Shown: piece after piece, positions 48,437 through 55,318 of the stretch
Position numbering within the stretch: the stretch's first letter is position 1
How the letters are laid out: each line of letters opens with the position of its first letter
Assembly: GCA_964577395.1 (NCBI GenBank)
Contig: CAZNYQ010000008.1
Span: forward strand, 1-55,318
Direction: 5' to 3'
Source: an uncultured Candidatus Saccharibacteria bacterium
GTDB taxonomy: Bacteria; Patescibacteriota; Minisyncoccia; JBAYJV01
DNA length: 55,318 nucleotides
The notes under the pieces: generated by a model
Databases searched by the model: none
The model's input: the letters and a program-made list of their open reading frames with translations, nothing else
Told to the model about the DNA's origin: nothing
Translations under genes and position numbers: made by a program

Positions 48437-49375
48437 ATGACTAATTGGAAATATATTTTAATTGTAGTAATTTTATCTGCTATCGTTGGCATAGGAGTGC
48501 TTTATCAGTGGCAAGCATTAAAAGAAGAAGCGAAAATATTAGAGAGTGAAGCACCGGAAAAGATTACTGAAGTTCCCGAAGAAGAACAAGAAGAATTATC
48601 AGTAGTTTCAGAAGAAGAAAAAGAAGAATCATCAGTTTCCACAGAGCAACAGGAGATATTATTTTCTCTTCCGTTTCATAACAGCACTAAATTACTTCAA
48701 GTGTTTCTAAGAGGCGGAGATCCTATTACCGGTCTTTTATTGTTTGTATATGACACAAAAGACAAGTCTTCAGTGTTTTTAGGTAGCATACGGAACGTTT
48801 CTTATACGGGTAATTCGGGAGGACTATTCGTGCCAATCGCGATAACGAAAGATAATAATAATATTATTTTAGATGCCGAGATGGGTTCCCCGGGAGCAGG
48901 TGGAGGTAGTGTAGATTATGGTTATGCGATGATTCCGATAACGCCGGCGCCAGAGATAAATTGGGTTATCAAAGACTTTTGGTTCATTGCTACGCACTCT
49001 GCACATTTTTACGATTCGTTCAGCAAGGTAGTGTATGTTGATGAGGGTGAAAAAATTCCTCACTATTCGGTGCCCGGGCCATCAAATGATGGTGCAATCG
49101 TATTTCGTAATCTTGAGATGGAAAGTAATAAAGATTTTTACTCAACTGCTTTTACCGGATACAAAAGACCAGGGTTCAAAACGCCAAATGATGTCATGGC
49201 TGGCGGTGCAGGAAAGATATTAGAAGAGGAAAATACAAGTTATGAGATCATTGGATTAGACGAGAACAATGGAATTTTGAGTTTTAAAGCGACGGTATAC
49301 ATTTTTTCCGATGATTGCTCAGATCAGTATTGTGCGGAGAAATCTACTATTGAAAGATCAATACCGTTGCCATAG
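48437..49375 (+). CDS. membrane-anchored exported hypothetical protein
   Basis: N-terminal TM (TNWKYILIVVIL..), acidic linker, beta-rich domain. Confidence 0.75.
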   Translation: MTNWKYILIVVILSAIVGIGVLYQWQALKEEAKILESEAPEKITEVPEEEQEELSVVSEEEKEESSVSTEQQEILFSLPFHNSTKLLQVFLRGGDPITGLLLFVYDTKDKSSVFLGSIRNVSYTGNSGGLFVPIAITKDNNNIILDAEMGSPGAGGGSVDYGYAMIPITPAPEINWVIKDFWFIATHSAHFYDSFSKVVYVDEGEKIPHYSVPGPSNDGAIVFRNLEMESNKDFYSTAFTGYKRPGFKTPNDVMAGGAGKILEEENTSYEIIGLDENNGILSFKATVYIFSDDCSDQYCAEKSTIERSIPLP

Positions 49376-49503
49376 AGAAACAAAATTAACACCTTGTTGG
49401 ATTTAATACTATAACTTTAACCCTAATTGGTTAACGGGAATTTGTCGTCAAAGAAGAACTAATTGTTAAAGAATACGGCGAAGCCGCCGTGCCGACCTTT
49501 CTT

Positions 49504-49535
49504 TCTTCGCGCCGCCGCGCGCGGCGGCGCGAAGA
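49504..49535. repeat. perfect 32-bp GC-rich palindrome
   Basis: TCTTCGCGCCGCCGCG|CGCGGCGGCGCGAAGA. Confidence 0.9.
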
Positions 49536-49717
49536 CCAAAATTCGTTCGAGCTATATTCAATATACACCGCCAATTTGCTTGCTCAATCTTTTGACTGAT
49601 TTAGCAAAATAAATTTCACTTAGAATTGATTAAGCTCACAAATTCTGGTTTTATGCAAAATTATCAATTTCATATAAGATTATTTATCAATTGACATAAA
49701 AAATATAAATAAAATAT

Positions 49718-50173
49718 ATGTTTCCTGGAGAAAGTAAAGAACAATCTAATTTCCCTCCTAACCCGGAAAAAGAAAAGCAAGATGCTCAAGAAGAGATTTC
49801 TCAAGAATTGCAATCTAAGCTTGAGAAATTGCCTGAAATGCTTGAGAAAAACCCGGAATTTAGTGCTAAAGGTAGAAAATTTAAAGTTGAAACTGCTGGT
49901 GATTTTTTAGTAGCTGAAACACAAAAAAGAGGCACCATCATTCAAGAAATGTTAGAGAAATACAAAGGTCAAGATTATGAAAGAGAAAAAATTGCCGCTA
50001 AATTAGAATATTTCTTTAAAACAACCGAAAGTTTTTTTAAAGCATATGTTGAACTAAAAGAAGATTATGCTCCTCTTGCTCAAATAATTGAAGAACAATA
50101 TCCTGAATTAGCTAAAATTTATGCAGCAAGTAAAGAAAAACTAAATGAACGAAACGATCAACCAACATCTTAA
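49718..50173 (+). CDS. hypothetical protein
   Basis: 151-aa charged helical ORF overlapping next start. Confidence 0.65.
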   Translation: MFPGESKEQSNFPPNPEKEKQDAQEEISQELQSKLEKLPEMLEKNPEFSAKGRKFKVETAGDFLVAETQKRGTIIQEMLEKYKGQDYEREKIAAKLEYFFKTTESFFKAYVELKEDYAPLAQIIEEQYPELAKIYAASKEKLNERNDQPTS

Positions 50174-51179
50174 TATTTTAAGAGCTCTTCAATCTGAAAG
50201 CGGACTCTTTTTAGCATCTAGTCAAGAAGTCCCGACCGGATATAACAAAGCCTGGCTAAGAGATAATTTTTATACAAGCTTAGCTTTTGAAGCAATTGGT
50301 GACTGGGAAACAGTTAAGAAATTATGGTGGGCAATTTTAGATATTTTATTAAAACACGAAGAAAAAATCAGCTATGCTGTTCAGAATAAACCTCATGAAA
50401 GCTGGCAATATATTCATGCCCGCTATAATCCTAAAACCTTTGATGAGTACTGGGAAGAATGGGGAAATAAACAAAATGATGTTGTTGGAGAAATAATGTT
50501 CAAAGTAGGCGAACTTGAAAAGAAATCTTTAGGAATTGTTAGAAATAAAAATGATAAAAGAATTCTGCAAAAATTAGTAGATTATGTTAATTCTATTGAA
50601 TATTGGCATGATCCTGATTCAGGCATCTGGGAAGAAGGCGAAGAAGTGCATGCTTCTTCAATTGGCGCAGTTTTAGCAGGTTTAAAGAATTTATCAACTT
50701 TTCCTTACATTAATATTCACCAGGATTTAATAAAAAAAGGCGAGCTTGCCTTAAAAAAACTTTTGCCCAGAGAGTCACAGAACCATTTTTGCAATTTAGC
50801 TCAATTAAGCCTGATTTATCCTTACAATATCATCGAGCAATCAATGGCAGATGAAATTTTAAAGAATCTGGAATACCAATTTATTAGAAAAAATGGTGTT
50901 ATTAGGTATAAAAACGACCATTACTATAACAAAAACAAAGATGGATGGAGCGAAGAAGCTGAATGGACTATGGGCTTTCCTTGGCTAGCCCTGGTTTATC
51001 ATCAAAGAGGCGAAAAGGAAAAAGCAAAAATTTACTTAGAGAAAGCAAGAGCTACCTTAGATCCGGAAGGTAAATTACCAGAGCTTTACTATTCAAACTC
51101 AACTAAGCCCAATGAAAATATTCCTTTAGCTTGGGCAGAGAGTCTTTTTATTGTTGCCTCTTTAAAAATTAAAGGATAG
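50145..51179 (+). CDS. glycoside hydrolase family 15 / phosphorylase-kinase-like alpha-barrel protein
   Basis: AWLRD, WGNKQND, PDSGIWEE...HASSIG, LPRES, G.IRY..D.Y, LPELY, PLAWAES. Confidence 0.8.
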   Translation: MNETINQHLNILRALQSESGLFLASSQEVPTGYNKAWLRDNFYTSLAFEAIGDWETVKKLWWAILDILLKHEEKISYAVQNKPHESWQYIHARYNPKTFDEYWEEWGNKQNDVVGEIMFKVGELEKKSLGIVRNKNDKRILQKLVDYVNSIEYWHDPDSGIWEEGEEVHASSIGAVLAGLKNLSTFPYINIHQDLIKKGELALKKLLPRESQNHFCNLAQLSLIYPYNIIEQSMADEILKNLEYQFIRKNGVIRYKNDHYYNKNKDGWSEEAEWTMGFPWLALVYHQRGEKEKAKIYLEKARATLDPEGKLPELYYSNSTKPNENIPLAWAESLFIVASLKIKG

Positions 51180-51356
51180 ACCATTCTGTTTTAATTTATA
51201 TGCTTGATTTAATCACGCATATTTTTTTATTTTATAATTCTTAACTTTGTAAAATTGAAGGAATTATTTGATCTTTTAATGTTTAGGTGTTATTCTAAGA
51301 TTAGTTGGAGGAGATTTGTTTATCCAACTAATTTTTTCAAAAAGGGAGGTATCGTA

Positions 51357-51668
51357 ATGGAAGAACAAGTTTTTGAGGTCAAGAAAGTTAGCGAAGAAAA
51401 ACTTGGTTCTATAGAGGATTTAGAAATCACTCATAAAAACTGCTACGGTGGTAAAATAACTATCTCTTATTACAGTGCTCACATGCTTCTTGAGTGCAAC
51501 CGTTGCAAAATAAGATTTTACTTATACGATAGTCCTCATATAAGAATGGAACTACTTAGTGTTGCTGTTGAAGGCAAGGAGAAGAAATTCCAACCACTAA
51601 AAGCAAAAGAAGGGATTTTTTCAGCAATGAGTTATTCAGCCAAATTTGTCCAAAAAAAAGAAGAATAA
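51357..51668 (+). CDS. small putative zinc-ribbon protein (likely start ATG 51357)
   Basis: HKNC...CNRC; GGGAGGT SD; followed by terminator. Confidence 0.6.
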   Translation: MEEQVFEVKKVSEEKLGSIEDLEITHKNCYGGKITISYYSAHMLLECNRCKIRFYLYDSPHIRMELLSVAVEGKEKKFQPLKAKEGIFSAMSYSAKFVQKKEE

Positions 51669-51676
51669 GTAGCAAT

Positions 51677-51729
51677 AAAGACCTAAGCCTATTATGGTAT
51701 AATCCAGAAAAGCTTAGGTCTCTTTTTTT
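51677..51729 (+). terminator. probable intrinsic terminator
   Basis: AGACCTAAGC...GCTTAGGTCT plus T-tract, large loop. Confidence 0.55.
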
Positions 51730-51974
51730 ATATGTAGTCAACAACTATTTTATATTATACACAAAATTAGATTGAAGATTGTCATTAAATATAACTATTT
51801 TTTTAATTTAATGTCTCCTTGAATAACAACCAAAACAGAGCTATCATTTTAATAAAGAAACACTATTTTTAATTCCTCTTCAGTTTGATTGAGGTATTTT
51901 TCCATGATATTATTAAAATGTAATTATATCAATAATTCGTATAATATACAAAATTAAGTAAATTTTTTATATTT

Positions 51975-52003
51975 ATTTCGTATAAAAACAAGTTATATGA
52001 AAT
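51975..52003. other. dif/lox-like tyrosine recombinase site candidate
   Basis: ATTTCGTATAA-AAACAAG-TTATATGAAAT: 11-bp inverted arms (1 mismatch), 7-bp spacer. Confidence 0.45.
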
Positions 52004-52017
52004 ACATGTTTTCCTTT

Positions 52018-52187
52018 TGGGGCTACCGCCCCAGCTCTTAAAAAGAATCCGATTTTGTTTTTCTTTTATTATAGAGGGGAAATATGGAGTTTTCTTCGCT
52101 CCGCTACGAAAACATTTATTTTATGAGGGGAATAAAGCGGTGTTTCCTCCGCTTCGCTCCGGAAACGGTTTATTTATTAAGGGGAAA
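52018..52187. repeat. GC hairpin plus three imperfect ~53-nt units with GNA-loop hairpins
   Basis: TGGGGCTACCGCCCCA; AGGGGAA at 52075, 52126, 52180; hairpins 52089-52113 and 52142-52166. Confidence 0.7.
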
Positions 52188-52222
52188 CGAATACAATAGG
52201 ATCACTTATTTGAAATAAATTT

Positions 52223-53335
52223 ATGGCTAGAGAAGCATCAGCTAAAAATCTTACAAATGCGAAACGGGCAAAGAATGATGAGTTTTATACTCAATACATC
52301 GATATTCAGAAAGAAATTGAGAAGTATTTAGACTACAACCCTAATACGTTCCGAGCTAAAGTAGTATATTGCAACTGCGACGATCCTTTCGAGAGCAATT
52401 TTTTTCGCTATTTTGTACTCAATTTCAACAAACTTGGACTGAAGCAACTTATTACCACGAGCTACAAACCATCACCTGTTGCTAACACGCAATTGGCATT
52501 ATTTGGCGATGATAAGACTCTTGCCGAATCAAAAGGTCGTCCAAAACTAACAGCCAACAAGTTTATTATCAATGAAGTAAAAGATATAGACGGTGATGGC
52601 GAGTTTAATTTAAAAGATGTTGCCAAACAGCTAAAGGCAAACAAAAACAACGAATGGGCACCGCTTGAGGGTGATGGCGATTTTCGAAGCGATGAATGCA
52701 TAGAGTTACTTAAACAGTCTGATATCGTCGTAACAAATCCACCGTTTAGCTTGTTCCGAGAATATGTGAAGCAACTTTTTGATTACAAAAAAAAGTTTTT
52801 GATCATTGGCAATATTAATTGCATAACATACAAAGAAATATTTCAAAAAATTAAAAATAATGAAGCATGGCTTGGTAACGGAATGGGAAGATGGATTTCT
52901 GGCTTTATTGTGCCTCAATCCTACGAATTGTACGGAACAGAAGCTAGAATAGATGAAAATGGAGACAGAATTGTTGCCACTAATAATTGTTTGTGGCTTA
53001 CGAATATTGATCATGGGCGACGTCATCAGCCATTGCCTCTAATGACTATGGAAGACAATCTAAAATATAGCAAACACAAAGAAATTAAAGGCAAAAAAAC
53101 GTACGATGTATACGACAATTATGATGCCATAGAAGTGCCGTTTACTGATTCTATCCCTAGCGATTACCCTGGTGCAATGGGCGTACCGATTAGTTTTTTG
53201 GATAAATACAACCCTAAACAATTTGAAATTCTAGGAATGGATGATCATAGGTTGCAATATCCTAACTGGAGAGGCAGAGGTCCTGATTTAAATGGAAAGC
53301 CTGTTTATAGAAGAATTATTATTAAACATAAATAA
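52223..53335 (+). CDS. adenine-specific DNA methyltransferase, EcoRI family
   Basis: [58 protein letters not shown]. Confidence 0.92.
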   Translation: MAREASAKNLTNAKRAKNDEFYTQYIDIQKEIEKYLDYNPNTFRAKVVYCNCDDPFESNFFRYFVLNFNKLGLKQLITTSYKPSPVANTQLALFGDDKTLAESKGRPKLTANKFIINEVKDIDGDGEFNLKDVAKQLKANKNNEWAPLEGDGDFRSDECIELLKQSDIVVTNPPFSLFREYVKQLFDYKKKFLIIGNINCITYKEIFQKIKNNEAWLGNGMGRWISGFIVPQSYELYGTEARIDENGDRIVATNNCLWLTNIDHGRRHQPLPLMTMEDNLKYSKHKEIKGKKTYDVYDNYDAIEVPFTDSIPSDYPGAMGVPISFLDKYNPKQFEILGMDDHRLQYPNWRGRGPDLNGKPVYRRIIIKHK

Positions 53336-53336
53336 T

Positions 53337-54506
53337 ATGAAAACAACTTTAAAAACTATTATTACCGTTAGGGATATTTGCGAAGGGTTCGTTTACAACG
53401 AACTCGAAGGCAAGGGTTTGTTTGGTTTGTCGGGCAAGCTTACTATTCAGCCAGAATACCAACGGAATTATATTTATGCGTCTGACGGCGGCAAAAGAGA
53501 AATGGCTGTCATTGAATCAGTCCTCAAAGGATACCCAATAGGATTGATTTATTTTAATAAGGTTTCTGCAAACATTTTTGAAGTGTTAGACGGACAACAA
53601 CGAATCACCAGTCTCGGACGCTTTGTAACTGATAAATTTGCTATTAAAGACGAAAACGGAATGGAGCAATATTTCGGCGGAATGGCAAAAGACAAAAAAG
53701 ATAGGGTATTAGAAACAAAGTTGCTAATTTATGAATGTGAGGGAACAGAAAGCCAAATAAAAGAGTGGTTTAAAACGATCAATATTGCTGGAGTTCCACT
53801 TGTTCCCCAAGAATTATTGAATGCAATCTATTCTGGAACATTTGTTACATTGGGCAAAGAGGAGTTTAGCAATAGCCAAAATTCCAATATTCAAAAATGG
53901 AGCGCGTATATAAAAGGCAGTGCAAACCGACAGGCATTTTTTGAGAGAGCTTTAGATTGGGTGAGTAAAGGGAATATTGATGACTACATGAGTAGTCATC
54001 GCAACGACAAAAACATCAACGAGTTAAAAAAATATTTCAACAGCGTGATTGATTGGATTTCTAGTGTATTTATAGATGTTGAAAGCGAAATGTGCGGGCT
54101 TGAGTGGGGGCGACTGTATGAGCAATACCACAAAAAAGCCTATGACCCAAAGAAAGTGTCAGCCGAAGTACGCAAGCTCTATAGCGACCCGTATATCAAA
54201 AACCGCAAAGGTATTTTTGAATTTATTTTAGGCGGTTCTATTGATACAAAATTACTTGAAGTTCGTGTTTTCGATGAAGCAACTAAAAAATCGGTTTATG
54301 CAACCCAAACTGCCAAAGCAGAAAAAAGTGGGGTATCAAATTGCTCACATTGCGCCATTGGACACGACGCAAATAAAGCGAAAATTTGGAGTTTGAGCGA
54401 TATGGACGCCGACCATGTTTCGGCTTGGAGTAAGGGTGGCAAGAGTGATATTAAAAACTGTGAGATGTTGTGTAAGACACACAATCGAGCAAAAGGAAAC
54501 CGGTAA
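53337..54506 (+). CDS. DUF262 (ParB-like, GmrS-type) + HNH endonuclease (start ATG 53337)
   Basis: [25 protein letters not shown]; C-terminal ADHV.AWSKGG.S...NC.MLC..HN..K. Confidence 0.9.
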   Translation: MKTTLKTIITVRDICEGFVYNELEGKGLFGLSGKLTIQPEYQRNYIYASDGGKREMAVIESVLKGYPIGLIYFNKVSANIFEVLDGQQRITSLGRFVTDKFAIKDENGMEQYFGGMAKDKKDRVLETKLLIYECEGTESQIKEWFKTINIAGVPLVPQELLNAIYSGTFVTLGKEEFSNSQNSNIQKWSAYIKGSANRQAFFERALDWVSKGNIDDYMSSHRNDKNINELKKYFNSVIDWISSVFIDVESEMCGLEWGRLYEQYHKKAYDPKKVSAEVRKLYSDPYIKNRKGIFEFILGGSIDTKLLEVRVFDEATKKSVYATQTAKAEKSGVSNCSHCAIGHDANKAKIWSLSDMDADHVSAWSKGGKSDIKNCEMLCKTHNRAKGNR

Positions 54507-54531
54507 CCCAATATTTGGATCACATAATATT

Positions 54532-55318
54532 ATGAAAATCAAATTTGTTCAAAAACACAAGTCCATAACAAGTTTTAATGAAGCCGACATTAAACCCTTT
54601 TCGGTATTTTTAGGCGTAAACGGATCAGGAAAAACTCATTTACTTAAAGCCCTGCAAGAGGGGTTCGTTCAAGCTGATAACATTTCTAAAGAAAAAATTT
54701 CTTATTTTAATCTCCAAACTTTTCTTATTAAAAATCAAAGGCCAGTTACCCCTGCAAGCCTTGATGAAGAAAAAATGCAGGCATGGAATATTTTAGTAGC
54801 ACAAAAAGCAACATTCGAAAGTTACGACAATAATATAAAACCAATCGTAGGAGAAACGGACAATCCTTACGACGTAGATGTGAAGGAAGAGCAAAGAGAA
54901 AAATATGTTAGTCAAAAGAAAAACATTTCAGATTTCATCAATAGGCAAACTGAGAAAAAGCCAAAAATAAGGAAACTACTAAAAACTGGCATATTTGAAT
55001 CTGGGAAATATGCAACATCTCTAACTCAAACTGATTTTTTCAAATTTTCAAGCTACAACCCTGATGATTACGAACTACTTGAGAGCTTAAGTGAGGTTTT
55101 TCTTGATTATCAAAAGAAAATCATCAAAGCAAAATTGCGAAAAAGCGACGGTGGCGAAGAACTTAACGAAGATGACCTTCAAAAGCTGGAGGAACTTTCG
55201 CCTTGGAATTTTGTAAACAAAATGTTTCAAGAGTTTGGACTCATTCACACAATTTCAAAACCAGAATTTGAGGCAGGAGACCTAATTAACAGCCAGGCAC
55301 TATCATTCCAAGTAAAGT
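54532..55318 (+). CDS. AAA/ABC-type ATPase (AAA_15/AAA_21-like), truncated by window end
   Basis: frame open to the end: MKIKFVQKHKSI...FSVFLGVNGSGKTHLL Walker A; absent from ORF track because no stop. Confidence 0.8.
   Translation, partial: MKIKFVQKHKSITSFNEADIKPFSVFLGVNGSGKTHLLKALQEGFVQADNISKEKISYFNLQTFLIKNQRPVTPASLDEEKMQAWNILVAQKATFESYDNNIKPIVGETDNPYDVDVKEEQREKYVSQKKNISDFINRQTEKKPKIRKLLKTGIFESGKYATSLTQTDFFKFSSYNPDDYELLESLSEVFLDYQKKIIKAKLRKSDGGEELNEDDLQKLEELSPWNFVNKMFQEFGLIHTISKPEFEAGDLINSQALSFQVK

Larger units (their letters stand above)
48338..49573. mobile_element. putative tRNA-Ser-integrated islet without integrase
   Basis: CACCGCCA at tRNA 3' end (48330-48337) repeated at 49566-49573; GC-rich hairpins just inside both ends; GC-richer cargo gene. 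Confidence 0.55.

Noticed and set aside
48116-49223. ORFs 48116-48400, 48249-48440, 48869-49063, 49035-49223
   Set aside because: Read through tRNA-Ser and GC hairpins, or shadow the islet gene
51556-54542. ORFs 51556, 52017, 52462, 52706, 54296, 54345
   Set aside because: 52017-52199 is a TTG-start read-through of the hairpin array; the rest are antisense shadows
1-55318. CRISPR array, rRNA, transposase or integrase
   Set aside because: No constant repeat-spacer array, rRNA signature or recombinase/transposase ORF seen; the 52.0-52.2 kb units are too degenerate and structured to be CRISPR
1-55318. Alternative genetic code (TGA recoding)
   Set aside because: Intact RF2 with SPF and GGQ, TGA ends ORFs 124 and 580, and conserved genes are not interrupted

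Overview
AT-rich bacterial chromosome segment, mostly + strand genes. The gene mix (DUF4012, pilin-like membrane proteins, Elp3, short enolase, many SD-less genes) suggests a Patescibacteria/CPR (Parcubacteria-like) organism; this is inference, not a marker-gene assignment. Housekeeping content: tgt, tdk, glycerate kinase, ppsA, eno, AmmeMemoRadiSam trio, rnpB, EPS genes, murJ, lepA, ftsB-like, prfB, ftsEX, dcd, gatB, alr, lemA-htpX, rnhB, and tRNA-Thr(CGT), -Gly(CCC), -Ser(GGA). The window ends in a defence island (EcoRI-type MTase, DUF262-HNH, truncated AAA ATPase). Best leads: (1) a head-to-head Elp3 + Trm9/ALKBH8-like pair suggesting a eukaryote/archaea-type mcm5U34 tRNA pathway; (2) an unannotated promoter-long hairpin-terminator RNA at about 28.65 kb; (3) a stand-alone canonical C3HC4 RING protein behind tRNA-Gly; (4) an integrase-free islet at tRNA-Ser bounded by GC-rich hairpins and a tRNA 3' repeat; (5) a dif/lox-like site, three ~53-nt units with GNA-loop hairpins and a repeated GGATCAC motif at the edge of the defence island; (6) strong Shine-Dalgarno sites largely confined to self-contained orphan genes. 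All homology calls are from motif recognition by eye; no searches were run.
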